A stretch of DNA of 64,000 nucleotides from Octopus bimaculoides (lineage: Eukaryota). The stretch spans positions 128,781,649 to 128,845,648 of the forward strand of contig NC_068982.1 in assembly GCF_001194135.2 (NCBI RefSeq), given 5' to 3'. The notes beneath the pieces are model-generated. The model had not been told where the DNA came from. It saw only the letters and a list, made by a program, of their open reading frames with translations, and made no database searches. Positions 1-15,200 of the stretch are shown in pieces. Within the stretch, counting starts at the first letter, position 1; each line of letters opens with the position of its first letter. The position numbers were made by a program, and so were the translations under genes.

Positions 1-267
1 ATGGTGGACTTGGGCCGGCCTTATTTTCAGCAATAATACGATATTCATATTCCAACCCTTCTGTTAGGCCTTTAACAACAAAGCTTGTATCTGGTATATG
101 TACATTTTGTGAAGCACACATCCATTTAGCAGACCCTGCTACCCTCATTTCAACAATGTAGTTAGTTATAGGACTTCCGCCATTGCTGTCAGGAGGCAGC
201 CATTTTAATGTCATTGAGTCACGAGTTACATCAATGATCTCAGGTTTGCCAGGAGCTGATGGTTTAC
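1..267 (-). CDS. TTN: Exon 52 (cut by window edge): Fn3 (KPSAPGKPEI...SNGGSPITNYIVEMR...YEYRIIAENKAG)
   Basis: CAG acceptor at 268-270, phase 1, open to position 1; not in ORF track. Confidence 0.94.
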
Positions 268-3200
268 CTGGAAATAAGATTACAGAAGATAATTTAGTAT
301 TTGAATATAATACATGCAATATAATGCATGTCATATTAAATTGAATACAAAATATCTAATGATTCATTTGCAATTAGCAAGCAAATTTTAATGAGCATTT
401 ATTATGCATATAGTTATTTAAATAATCATGTATTTATGCACTTATTAGTATCATACTTAAAGTAAATAAAGATTCATAAATCAGTACTAAATTATTTTCT
501 CTAGAAAACATTATTTGATTGTTTAATAACTTATAGAATTATCTGAATTATTTTAAACATCAGTTCATCTTTTTTAATATTGGCTAAAATGATATGGAGT
601 GATCATTACATGTTGATTTCCACAAAGGAAACTTACCAAATGGAAATTTAACAGTAATAGGTGGAGTTGGTTTAGATGGTTTTCCAACACCTGCAAGGTT
701 TTCAGCAGATACTCTGAATTCATAAGTATCATTTTCTACCAAATCTGTAACTGTGTAGTTTAGTTCTGGCACAGCAGTTTTATTAGCTTTAATCCATCTG
801 TTACTTGATGGCTGCTTACGTTCAATTATGTAACCTATAATAGGTGAACCACCATCACTCTTTGGAGGTTCCCAGGCCAAGCTGACTGAGCAGTTTGTCA
901 CTTCAGTCATGCGGACATTGATAGGAGCATCAGGAACAGCTGTAAAATATTTTGAAATGAATGATAATAATATTAATAATAATAATAATATGGAATATTC
1001 TCAAACTTAAAATATATCTTACAGGTTAAAAGATAAAAAGGTATACAACTGACAATAAGTATTTTCAGCTTCATATATATTGCTCAATTATTTTTTTTAT
1101 ATTTATAAATCTCTAATTCTATTCTGTAAATACTAGAATGCTATAAATTGCAGCAGAACATGAAGATTTAAAATACCCAACATTTAAGAATTCAGAACTA
1201 GCATATAATCAAGTTAATCACTGCACAGACACAAGGTGTAGCACAATGAACAATTTAAGGAAGTATTTAAGTTGTATGGTTATCTCAATAAGCAGGAAGA
1301 AACTAGAAAGAAACACTAATAAATTATTGCTGATTATTAAAAGTATTTAACAACATATTGATAAATTTAAAATGATTACTTACAGAATGGCAGTTTGGGT
1401 ACCGTTGGTTCTTCAGTTTCAGCAAAATCGCTTTGTCCAATTTTATTTTCGGCAGCAACTCTAAAGAAGTATTCTACTCCTTCAGTGAGTTTGTTAATTT
1501 CGAGTGACAATGTAGTTCCATCTACAGTGCTTACAGGTGTCCATGTAGAACGCTTAGCATCACGTTTCTCAATGATGTATTTAGTGATTTCACTTCCACC
1601 ATCAGAACTTGGTGCTTCCCATGAAAATGTAACAGAAGTTTTCTGCACGTCACTAACCTTGAGGTTTTGTGGTTTTGATGGTTTACCTAATGTGTGAAAA
1701 GAAGTTATAGAATATTATACAAAAAAAGAATTATAAATATAGAAGAACATTTCCCACACAATGTCTTTTATTAGGTAATTGACAGTACTTTCAAACAAAC
1801 ATTAAAAAATTAGAAAATTTTAAACTTTTCCCTTTATTTTTATTTGTATAAAGGCATGCAAAAATAGAATTAGGTTGTGTGGTAAAAGATAGAAAATTTG
1901 TGTAAAAGATCTACAGCTTTAGAGAGGAAGAAAGCATTGACTTGAATAGTGATTGAAAATAGTTAAAAAAGTAATGATGTGTAGTTATGAATGGAAAATT
2001 TTAGAGAGTTATAAGTGAAATGAAATTTAGCAAGACTGACTTCTCTCTAATAAGTTTCCACTACCTAATTTAACTAATTCTAGGTCAGACTATAGGCCAT
2101 CAAGAGTGTTAAACTAAGTGAGCTACTTTATATATTGTAAACTAAATGAACTACTTTATATATTGTAAAGGACTACTTCACACTTCGAGACAAACCCACA
2201 TAGTTAGTTGAAGCATTGTAATATAACTTTGACTAGTGTATTTGATGTTGAGGTCTTATACTTGTTATTTTTTTATATAATTAAAAAATGTCACAAATAA
2301 GAAGGAGATTACTGAAGAAAAAAGTTATAAGAAAGAAGGATTCGGTAAAAGTTTAATCCTGAATCTGAGAGGTGTGTTGAAGTGAGAATAAGGAGAAATC
2401 ATCCAGTCAGTTGTTTTAGCACAGATTAAATAACTTGGAAGTGGCATGTAAAAAGCACTATTCGAGCATGGTCAATGCCAGTACTGCTTGACTGGCCCCC
2501 ATGCCAATGGCATGTAAAAAGCACCACTACACTCTCGGAGTGGTTGGTGTTAGGAAGGGCATCCAGCTGTAGAAACCTTGCCAGATCAGACTGGAGCCTG
2601 GTGCAGCCTTTTGGCTTGCCAGTCCTCAATCAAACTGTCCAACTCATGCCAGCATGGAAAGCAGAGAAGAAGCTTGTGGAATGGAAACTTAGCATTCAGC
2701 AATAATTTAAACAAATATGGATTGTATAAGTGGGATATAGATTTTTATCTGTAATAATAATTGATGAAGGAAACAGAAGATAGATTTTTATCTGAATATA
2801 TATCATTTATGTGCACTTGTTTATGTATGTTTGAATACAGTGGACACATTAAATAAAAATAAGGAATATTCTAATGCACAGTGAATTTGTGCTTCATAAA
2901 GTGTTAACAGGAGCTGTTAGATACTAAGTTCTCTTTGTTTCGACAAATGCCAGAATTGGTCATGTAGAGAATATGAGGTTGAAGAAATTGTGATTCTTGT
3001 TGCTGTATGTTATTACTGTTGTACTGAATGAACTTGTAAATAATAAGAGTATAAGGGAGTTAGTGACAAAGGTGAGATATTTATGCAAGAACAATTCAAT
3101 TCATAATTTTTGTTACCTTTAACAAGAATTTCAAAATCTGCAGCAGCTTTTCCAACTGAATTTTCAGCCACAATGGTGTATACTCCACCATCTTTAGTGT

Positions 3201-6200
3201 CTGCATTTTTAATAGTTACTCGAGAGAATTTTTCTGTTGTTTCGATATTAAGAGAGTAAGATGTTTCAATCTCTTTTTCATTCAACAACCATTTGATAGT
3301 GGGAGTTGGAATACCGGAAACATTAACTAAGATAACTATTGAAGATCCAACCTTGAAGTTTTGAGTACTTTGCAGACGGTTGTCATATTCAAGCTGTGGA
3401 TGAGCTGTAAAATAAAGAAATTTTGTATAATAAATAAGAAAATAAGAAATATGATGCAGTAAAATAATTAAAATGATAATAATAATTTTTTCTGATTTAG
3501 GCATAAAGCCAGCAAATTTTAAGTGGAGGGATTTAGTCAAAACCATTGATTGCAGTACTTATACTTTATTTTATCAAATCTGAAAGGACGAAAAGTAAAG
3601 TTGACCTAGGCAGAAATTGAATCCAGAACATAAAGAGCTGGAAGAAATATTGCAAGGTATTTTCTAACAATACTCTAACTATTCTATTTTTGTTTTACTA
3701 CTGGTGAGTTACAGCACATATTGTTTGCAGAAAACATAAAAATGCCACTACTTTGCTTAAACATTATAAATGTAAAGACATGCTGAAACAGCATTCATAA
3801 ACACACATACACTAGGCTTCTGCATAATTTCTGGTTACCAATTCCACTCATAAGGGATTGATCAGCTATAGACTATAGCAGGAGACACTTGCTCAAGGTA
3901 TCAAGCAGGACTAAGCCCCAAACCATTTAGCTGTGGATTCAATACAGTCAATATAAATAAATTGTATATATGTATACAAATGTATACATTTCAGTCTTTG
4001 CTTTCTTTCTGTTTACATGTATACATGTATCTTCACTGAAACATATTATTTGTTACATGATGTCAAAATTTGATCATGAAAACTGACCTCGTCACTGACA
4101 AGATTACACTACAACTATATTTCACCCATCATCCTCACATCTATTTTGGATATTTGCACTTCAACGAAGTATAATGTATTTTATAAAATCATGGATTTAC
4201 TTACTGTGAATGGTTAGTTTTCCTTTAGTCTCACATTTTCCAAGAGCATTAGAAAATTTGCATGAATAGACAGCAGTATCAGATGGTTCGGTTTTATGAA
4301 TAGTAAGAGTAGCAATACCATCTTCATAATTCATCTCATATTTAGAATTCTTTTTGATGGCAGTATCACCTTTAAACCTGTTTAAAGAAAAATTAGTTTT
4401 AAATATTTATTAACACAAATGTTTGAAAAATTTTTATTTTTTATTTAAAATTATACCAAATAATTCTTCTAATATCTAAACAGAATATTTACCATTTTAT
4501 TTCAGCCTTAGGTTCTCCAAGATCAACAGTACATTCTAATGAAGCATCATTTGGTGAAACAAATGTGACATCAGTCAAAGGTTCCAGAATTTTGGGTGGT
4601 TTTCCAACTGTAAACAAAAATTTACAAGGATTGAATTCATTAATTTGTGTGAATGCCTTATCTCTCCACACACACACACACACACATATATGCATATATA
4701 TATATATATATATNNNNNNNNNNNNNNNNNNNNNNNNNNNNNNNNNNNNNNNNNNNNNNNNNNNNNNNNNNNNNNNNNNNNNNNNNNNNNATATATGTGT
4801 GTGTGTGTGTGTATGTATACACACACACACACACACACACACTCTCGTGTCCAGCCCATCAAGGTAAGCAGCACTCCTCAGTATGTGTTGACTCTGACCA
4901 TGGTGATCTATCCAACCCATGCCAGTATGGAAAGTGGATGTAAAACAATAATGATAACGATATAAATACACACAGCATATATACAAACATGCTATTGGTG
5001 CTGGGAGCTAGCAACATAAAAAAAATATATTTCTATGGCAGCATCAAATGGTAAATATCCTCAACATCTGTTTTTATCATTTGGAAAGATAATTGCCCAA
5101 GTCTCGAAGTAAGAAATATGTTACATTTCTTGGTGTTAGAGTATCTTTGCTCAATGAAAGTATTTGATGCTACATACAATTTATCCTCTTTTCTCAAGCA
5201 ATTTCTTTTAGAATTAGTTGATGGATTTCATAAAACAACCACATGTGTAAGTCATGCTACAACAATTTCTAAGGAATGAAATTTGATTCAATATGTTAGT
5301 CATATATAAATATGTGCTTAAATCCTATAATTAAAATTTATTTATGGGATATGCTTATGCGAAAATCATATAATTTAAAACAATCAATAATTACCAATTG
5401 GTTTTTCAATTTTGGTCAGTTCTGTTGGTGGTGAAAATTCACTAACACCAGCACGATTTTCAGCAGCAATTCTGAATTCATATTCTGAACCTTTTTTCAA
5501 CTTCTGTACTCTATAGGTGAGTTCTGGAACCTTTTTATCGATATTAGCTTGGGTCCATTTCACTGAGCCAGCAAGACGATATTCAATGACATAATTAAAT
5601 ATAGGACTACCACCATCATCAGTAGGTGGTGAGTATTTCAACAGAGCAGATGTATCATCTGTTTCCACAACCAGAGGTGTATCAGGTCTAGAAGGTTTAT
5701 CTGAAAGAAAGAATGTACAGATTTGAAATATATCTTACTATTAATAAAGATATCTTTTCTGGAATGGAGATGGCTAATTTTGATGTTGGTTAGGTCTATT
5801 GAATACATTCTCAATTATATTATTTGCTGTTTATTTTACCAGTCTTTGTGGGATAATGGGTAGAATAGTTGGATTTGAAGTTGAATCTGTACATTGAAAT
5901 TGAAAACCATGAACTATAATAAACTTAAAATTCTAACAATTCAATGTATATCAAACTTAATTTGTCATACATTTTTTAAACTAAATATCTTTCTAATTTT
6001 TACTTTCTTCTATTTAATTAACATCTCTATCTTAATAACATCAATTGTTCTACATATTCAAACTGGATACTTTAATTTTGAAATTGCTATTGCCTGCATC
6101 CAAGGTCACATCTTCTCTCTTTTAATTACCTTATATTCCGATAATCATTAATTGATATTTAAAACTTGCTATCTTAATTTTTCTATCACAAATATTGACT

Positions 6201-9200
6201 GGAAAATATTATATGTAATATAAATATTTTAAATTTAAGATCCTATGATATTAATATCGATAATGAAATATTGTGTTCCTCTTTGCATCCCTTTCATGAT
6301 ATAATCTTTTCTACTCTAGGCACAAGGCCCAAAATTTTTGGGGAGGAGGCCAATTGATTAGACTGACCCCAGAACACAAGTGGTACTTAATTTATCGACC
6401 CCGAAAAGATGAAAGGCAAAATCGGCCTCAGAACGTAAAGACAGACGAAATACTGCTGAGCATTTCACCTGGCATGTTAACGTTTCTACCAGCTCGCCTC
6501 GCCTTTCATGATATATTAGCCTTTCATGATAAATGAGCAACTTTATTGTAAAATACTAGAAAATCCATCTAGTTCCATTCAAAAAATATTTTTTAAAAAA
6601 GCAAATAATATGCTACAAATACTATTTCAATTCTAATTTTACTTGAGAAATATCAAATTTGGACATTAATTTCCTAATGTTTACCATATTTCTGTTGCAA
6701 TATGCTGCTTTTACTTCAATTAATTTTGTAAACAAAAAAGAGTTTACCAAAATAATTTTGTTCATTATTAGGCTGATTTTTAGAACAATTATTACCATAA
6801 AAATTTGAGGAATGATTTAAGTGAGATCATTTTAAAAGGGAGGGGTACCATTGAACCAGGAGTAGCCTTTGCCAGGCTGGTAAAAAAATGGTTTATATCA
6901 TATTTGAGAAAAATATGCAATTTATTTCTTTTTTACTCACGCCAAGGATCTTGCATCTTAACAGGACTGGATGGTTTGCTGGGTTCACTTTCACCAGCCT
7001 TATTGACAGCAACTACCCTAAATTGATATGAAGAATCTTCTACCAGATCATTCAAAAGCATATCAAGATTTGAAGTTGGTTCTTTGTTAATACGAATCCA
7101 CCTTGGGCTAAGATCTGACATTTTCTCCAAATGATATCCAATTATAGGTGATCCACCATCCTCCTTTGGAGGGGTCCAGCTTACTTTTGCAGATGTTTTA
7201 AATACATCTGTAACAGTTGGTGCATCAGGTGCATCAGGACGATCTGAAGAATTTTAGAAAACATGTTATGACATCTATCATTGAAAAGTTTTTAAGTATA
7301 CAAAATAACTTGATCATCTGGACTGTAATTTATTCAAAATATAATACATTTATCTGACAGTTATAAGAACCAAAATATAACTTTAAAAACACTCATTATT
7401 ATTATCATTATTATTATAATTATCATTATTATTACTATTATTATTTACATGATTATTATTATTATTTATAATTATCATTATTATCAATATTATAATTTAT
7501 ATATTTTATATAACATGTACACTTTTATCTCCATTCCCCTTCTCTCCCTTTCTTCCCATCATCTTTTATGTAGATCCCCACACAAATTGTAGTGTCCTTT
7601 TAATGTCCCCATCCAATGTCCCTGTGGCAAATGAAATAATAATCATCATCATTATCATTATTATTATTATTGTATCATCATCATTTTTATTAAACAGTTA
7701 CTATTATTATTATTATTATTATGATTATTATTATTATTATTAATATTATTGCTGTTGATGTTATTTCCTTACTACATCTACTACTACTACTACTACCACT
7801 ATTATTATCATTATTATTATTATTATTTTTATTATTATAACTGCTTGTAATTATTTATTTTTTGTAGTAATATTGTTAGAGTTGCAGCTGGCTGAGTCAG
7901 TATGCTGTTGAAATATTACTCTAAAGATCAACAATTCTTATTTCATGACAGACACTGTACTGTGGTAGTCATAAGAGATTGACAAACATTTGATCCTCAC
8001 TACAGTTGGTTCATATTTAATCAAAATGAGCATCACAGATAAGTATGGCTTAATGCTATAAAGAATATGAGTAGTGTTATAATTAACGATGTATTTCATT
8101 ATTTTGCAGTATTAAGTATTATTATTGATCACTTGAAAATAATCATGCAAAGCTTCTCCTGTACTCAGCTTTTAAATGCATCTCAGGCAAGAGCTTTTAA
8201 ATGCATCTGTCAAATCTACCATTGTACTGAGGTGCAGATTCTAAAACTAGCTGCATGTAATAACACTTGTGAAGCTAGTTTTTGAATAAGATTTTTAAAT
8301 TAGAAACGATTAAAATATCCCTGTTGTAGTCTTAAATGAAAAGCATTTTATATTAAAGACATAAAATAACATAGAATAACAAGAAAAAATATAATTTGCA
8401 AATTTAAATAATATCTACATTTTCATTACAAATTTTGTTTTTGTAATTGGTTTTTAAGATTCTTCTTGTGAATTTGTGTTGAAACAAATTTTGTTGTGTC
8501 TTGAGAGAGTAATTACATCAATAATAACACATGCACAGGTCCAATACCACTTCTTTATTGTTAGTCAATTAGTTAAATATTTTAATGACCATTTGTTTAA
8601 TGTGCAGGTAAAACAATCTGTTGGCTGTTTGTTAATCAAAGTTCTGCTGTTGCAATCTTAGAACAAGAGGGGAAGTCACTAAGTCACTGAAAAGGTCATG
8701 AACAGCAACAAAAGAACCTTGACTAATGAACAATTAGTTAGCTGCTTAAATATTTACCTAGTTGACGAACAATAAAGAAGTGGAATCGAACCTATGCATG
8801 TGTTATTATTATTGGCATAATGACTTACCCAAGACACAACAAAATTCATTACAAGTATTTTATTTTTAAATAGCAATAATTTTCTTCCTTTTCTTTTACT
8901 ATTATTAGTCATTGGACAATGTCCATTCTGGCACAGCATGTTCAATGAATATTTGTGGATATATCAACACTAGTACTTTGACTCATGCAGTGTATATATA
9001 TATATATATATATGCGTGCAAGCACACACACATATATCCATTCACACACAACAATCTTCTGCAGAGTCTCCATTTATTAAGTTTTATTCATCAGGTGTTG
9101 ATTAACTTGGGACTGTCATAGAAGACATTAGCCCAAAGTGTCACACAGTGGCATAAAATTGAAAACTGCATAGGTGTAAACTTCTGAACCATAGAGCTAT

Positions 9201-12200
9201 ATCCAATTGTGTTTTGATATTTAACACATTCTAATTTAATAATGACTTAAGCTACATAATTTTCAGTAATTTAAATCCAGTAGATCAAAGTAAATGTTTT
9301 TTCTTTATAAATTGAATTGAATGCTCCTTGCAAATCACACAGAAATTTGCATAAACACATTCATACACATGTTTATATACACATAAGTTTTAGAGTAATT
9401 AGTGAAGCAGATTGTTAAAGAAGCGAGCATATCAAAGCAAATTAGAAAATATATTTGAGATAATAATGATAAAATTTTATCTATATATTTGATCTACATA
9501 CCAAATGGATGCCTTGCAAGAACAGGCTCAGGAATTTCGACGAAATCTCCAATACCATACTTATTTTTAGCAGCAACTTGAAAGAGATATTTGTTTCCTT
9601 CTCGAAGATTTTCTACAACATGTTCCAATATTACTGATTCACCTGCTTCTTGCCACATTCGTCGATTTTCTTCTCTCTTTTCAACAATATAAGCAGTGAT
9701 TGAACTACCTCCATTATCTTCAGGAACTTGCCATGTTAGTGTCATGTATTCAGCCAACACATCTTTGACTTGAAGGTCACGGACTGGACCTGGCTTGTCT
9801 AAAATATAGACCAATTATCTAACTAATGTCTAAATTCTAAATTCAGTCATATAACCTTCTGTGTAAAATAGCTAATATGATACAAGTTAAATAATAAACC
9901 AAATCCATGCAAGATAATTTGTTAATGTTGCAAAGCTTTTCTTAATGAATTATTTTTTTTTAATCAATGACTTGAATATTGATACATTTTGATGAAAGTA
10001 AATATTTCTTAATTCATTTTGTTATAAAATAATAGGTGATCAAAAACGTTCTTAGGTGTAATAAAATTGTTGTAAATAAGTGAAAATAAGCAGTAAGACA
10101 TGCAATAAATTGCCCAATATCATTACAAAGTCATTAGTTAAGTAAAAGCAAAGAAATAAAATGTATTTGTATTTTGTGTTGCCTATAGTAATGTATTATA
10201 ATTGCAATTGTTTTCAATGTATATAAGCCATTAAATCACTTCAAAATATTAAGTTTTATCAACATATTGAATGAATATACTTCTTAATGTTAAAGGCAAT
10301 AAAAGTGCTTTTCAAACAAAATATGATGAAGCTCCAAAGTATGAACACACAATTTAGAAATTCAAATGTCACTGTATATATCAAGAATGTCAAAGTTAAA
10401 GCATTGATTGCAGTTAAATCAGTATTTGAAGCATTAAACTTTAAGCATTAAAAGACATTTTTTATATTTAAGTAAATAAATATAAATGTCTTGTTGCCAA
10501 ACTTTGTCACAAACAACAATAAATATTGTAAATAATATGTTAGATAGTTACCTAGAACCTTTAATGTAATAGTGACATCAACTTTTCCAGCAGAATTCTC
10601 TAAGCAGAGTTTGTATTCACCAGAATCTGACCTTTTAACATTTTTGAAATTTATCTTGGTAACATCTGCAGAAGAGTCAACCAGTATCCTTGTTTTATCA
10701 AGTTCACTATCATTATGGAGCCAAGTGGCTTTCGGAATAGGAAAGCCAGAAAATGGTATTGAGACAGATGTATTTTCACCAGCTTTAATAGTAATAACTT
10801 CCTTGTATTTATCAGCCAAAGTGTACTCAGGAGCAACTAGAAGCAGAAGAAATACATTATTATTTTTCCATCAACATAGGGAAAAATATCATTTAAGTGT
10901 ATTTTACATGAAATATGGTTTTATTAAATTTGATAATATCAATTTTACCTTCAACAGATAGAGCAGCTTTTGTAGTTTTGTCTTTAACAGTCATGCTATA
11001 GTCAGCAACATCTTCAGGTTTCACACCCTTTATGATTAATTTGTGCACACAGCCTTCAACAACAATTTCATATTTTTTATTTGGTGTAATAGGTTTGCCC
11101 TTACAGAACCATTGAGCTTTCAAATTAGGACGATTTATCTCACATGTGAAAGTGGCTTCACCAGGAATCTTTTCAACGGTTTGATCTTCAAGTTCTTTGA
11201 TGAATTTGACTTCACCCTCTGTAAAATAATGAAGAATTTGTTACAGACTTATCAGATCTTGTTTACTTTGTTTATTTTGCAAAATTAGATTATGAGAAAA
11301 TGCATCTCTAAGTTTATTGGGGTTATTTTTTATATGGTTTTATATGTGCATGATACATACTTTATATGTGCAATACATATAAAATATGTATCATATATGT
11401 TTTATATATGTAATACATATTTCCAAATTCTTCTCCAACAAAATATGTATTCTATAATTCAATTTACAAATAAAGTTAATGTAAAAATTAGGAGTACCAG
11501 GAAAGTGGAAAGGTACTAAATAGCAGTTTGTGGAAACTAATTAAACAATAATAAACCACTAGATTGAAATAAAATATTACTTATCATAAAAATAGAAAAA
11601 TTAATTATGATAGCATATTTATGTCCAATTTCTATATGTAATTATTTACTTATAGATTCTTAATCATCCTCTAATAAAACAACAAATACACTATTAGGAA
11701 TTTTGCATTAGAAACAACATAGAAAATTGTAAGAATGAATCAGCTAAGTTTAACAATACTAAATCAAAAAGAAGTCTCAATCTGTATTTTGAAATGCTTC
11801 AACTAAGAGGCATTCTATTTACTTGGCTATGATCTAACCCTTTTGCTATCAACCTGCCTTTGGTTCTATGACATAAAATTCTTGTTTCAAAATTAAATTA
11901 TAATCTTCTGGTAGGATTTCATAGTTTATGATCCAAATACTAGCTTAATAATGATAAAGTTATTTTACTAAATTCTCCAGTATTTTCAAAATTAATTGAA
12001 ACAAAGGCAGAATATTTCGACAGAAATATAACAATCAAAGGTGTTGTAGAAAAATCAAACCTAATTAATAAGTTACTGTGACTTACCTTTCACTTTTACA
12101 AAAGCTTTTGTGGATTTATTCATTATTTTGAATTCATAATTTGCTTCATCATCAAGCTGTGCTTTTTGCACAATTAAAGTATGTTTCTTTTCTTCAACTG

Positions 12201-15200
12201 TGAAGTTGAAATGCGAGTCCTTTTCAATAACTTTTCCTGCTTTCATCCAACAACCAGTCACATTTGGTTTGGATACCTCGCATACCAAGAGAATGTCATC
12301 ATTTTCCATAACCTCTTGGTCTTTTAGAGGACTCAAAAATTCTAATGGCTCTTCTGGAAAATAAAATTGCAATTTATATTTAGAAAGTTTAATGGAAAGT
12401 TGTAGTTAATACTTAGTCTATATAGTAGGAATCTAATTTTAATGCTTAAAAATAAAAATATAAATTAATAATTTTATTAAACTTATTCAAATATTTATCT
12501 TCAGACTAGAAAAAAAAGTCTAGTTGAATTAATAGAATCATAAAGATAATGAACTTGGTGATAAAATAAATGACAGTATGACAACAAAATAATTCTAAAG
12601 CATAATCAAAGTAATTAATAATATAAATCACTAGAAACATGCGTAATATTAAGTTTTAAGAACTAATGTAGTTCCTAAAGCAAGAGAGAGGGACAAAATT
12701 AGAGAGAAGAATGAGTGTGTGTGTGTATGAGGGAGACAGCAAGACAATGTTAGAGAGGGAAAAGAGTAGAGGGAAGAAGGAATGAGAGAAAAGAGTGAGA
12801 AAGGAAAAGACAGGGTAAAAGAGCAACAGAGAGAAAGACTAATTCTATAGATCAATGTAAGCATAATTCCTTACATTCAATTGATTATTTCATTCCTTTT
12901 ATTTAGTGTCAAAATAATTATTGAGGAAGTTTATATAATTGAAGAATGGGAATCTCTAAATATATACCAGCATGCACATCTACCAGAATATTACTAAAAC
13001 ATTGATGATTTTATATTTCAGTCTTAGGATATTCGTGGGATCAGTTGTATTAATAATACACAAGTATATACATTTCCTTATTTTCATTATCTCATAAATT
13101 CCATGATTTATAATGAGGATAGCTACATGATAGTTATGAATACAGCTTCTAGAAATTAACCAAAATCAGATAACAAGAATAAATTTCAATTGACAGGACT
13201 AACAAAAATGAATTAAACAACAAATCAGAAATTAAAGAAAAAGAATTGCTGGTACAATAACTGCTCTTCTTTACAGACATTTATACCAAACTACTCGGAT
13301 CATACATTAGTCTATTATAGCATATTATATATTCTATTATATCAGAGTTTATTGATATATTTTTATTTTAATACAATAATTATTTGAATTTAATGCTTTC
13401 TTGTGTTTTGAGGATTTGGAAGAAAACTTAAAGAAAATTCAGTTGAAAAACAAAGGAAACTACTTCTGTGTTTAGCGATGATAAAAAAAATCTTTCCTTG
13501 AAATATGCCAAATAGGGAACAACTGTGTGTGTGTATATATATATATATNNNNNNNNNNNNNNNNNNNNNNNNNNNNNNNNNNNNNNNNNNNNNNNNNNNN
13601 NNNNNNNNNNNNNNNNNNNNNNNNNNNNNNNNNNNNNNNNNNNNNNNNNNNNNNNNNNNNNNNNNNNNNNNNNNNNNNNNNNNNNNNNNNNNNNNNNNNN
13701 NNNNNNNNNNNNNNNNNNNNNNNNNNNNNNNNNNNNNNNNNNNNNNNNNNNNNNNNNNNNNNNNNNNNNNNNNNNNNNNNNNNNNNNNNNNNNNNNNNNN
13801 NNNNNNNNNNNNNNNNNNNNNNNNNNNNNNNNNNNNNNNNNNNNNNNNNNNNNNNNNNNNNNNNNNNNNNNNNNNNNNNNNNNNNNNNNNNNNNNNNNNN
13901 NNNNNNNNNNNNNNNNNNNNNNNNNNNNNNNNNNNNNNNNNNNNNNNNNNNNNNNNNNNNNNNNNNNNNNNNNNNNNNNNNNNNNNNNNNNNNNNNNNNN
14001 NNNNNNNNNNNNNNNNNNNNNNNNNNNNNNNNNNNNNNNNNNNNNNNNNNNNNNNNNNNNNNNNNNNNNNNNNNNNNNNNNNNNNNNNNNNNNNNNNNNN
14101 NNNNNNNNNNNNNNNNNNNNNNNNNNNNNNNNNNNNNNNNNNNNNNNNNNNNNNNNNNNNNNNNNNNNNNNNNNNNNNNNNNNNNNNNNNNNNNNNNNNN
14201 NNNNNNNNNNNNNNNNNNNNNNNNNNNNNNNNNNNNNNNNNNNNNNNNNNNNNNNNNNNNNNNNNNNNNNNNNNNNNNNNNNNNNNNNNNNNNNNNNNNN
14301 NNNNNNNNNNNNNNNNNNNNNNNNNNNNNNNNNNNNNNNNNNNNNNNNNNNNNNNNNNNNNNNNNNNNNNNNNNNNNNNNNNNNNNNNNNNNNNNNNNNN
14401 NNNNNNNNNNNNNNNNNNNNNNNNNNNNNNNNNNNNNNNNNNNNNNNNNNNNNNNNNNNNNNNNNNNNNNNNNNNNNNNNNNNNNNNNNNNNNNNNNNNN
14501 NNNNNAAGAATTTGTTAAATCTGAAACTAGTTCCTGTTTAATAATGCTTTTTTAGGTGATTTTAAATGTCTTGCCCACTCACGTTTTTGGTATGCTGCTA
14601 TATTTCATGTTGAGAACAATTTAGGTCTTAATAGACACAAGATGTGATCTATTTCTAGCGCATTAATTGTCCACGTTAGTGGTCGACGTTATTTTTTGAA
14701 AAATGTACCTTAATCCCCTGAGATTGCAGATAATATTTCTGAATCTCTTTGATTCTTTAGATGTGCTGGCCTCCTGATAATTAATCGATATTAATTAATA
14801 TATGACTAATTACCAGATTTTATAATTATATATCAGTAATATATATATATATATCAGTAATATATTTAATATATGCTATAGGTTCAAAATTATATTAATA
14901 ATGGTGATTGACAAGAACACTTTTAGGTAATGATGAGATGAGTAAAGTTAAATATGTGTATTAACAGTTGTTGAAAATAATACAGTTTAGCTGTATACGT
15001 TTAGACAATAATTAAAGTAGTTTATCTTTCTCCTCCTAATTCACATGTAACTAATTAACTATACAAATATGAAGAAAAGATATTTCATGAGATGGAATTA
15101 TGAAACAATGCAATGTGATATTTAAATACAGTGTTAAAATGTTATCAAAATGCATGAAGGTTAGTATCTACATATTATTTCATTAATAAAGATACTTAAT

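Noticed and set aside
13505-14555. 337-342 aa ORFs in the track (also 4489-4986)
   Set aside because: Artefacts of reading through N runs and microsatellites.
14560-14800. CpG-containing, more complex segment next to the gap
   Set aside because: No stop-free phase-1 exon could be built and I recognise no RNA or repeat family. It could be a 3' UTR of an exon-40 isoform but there is no support.
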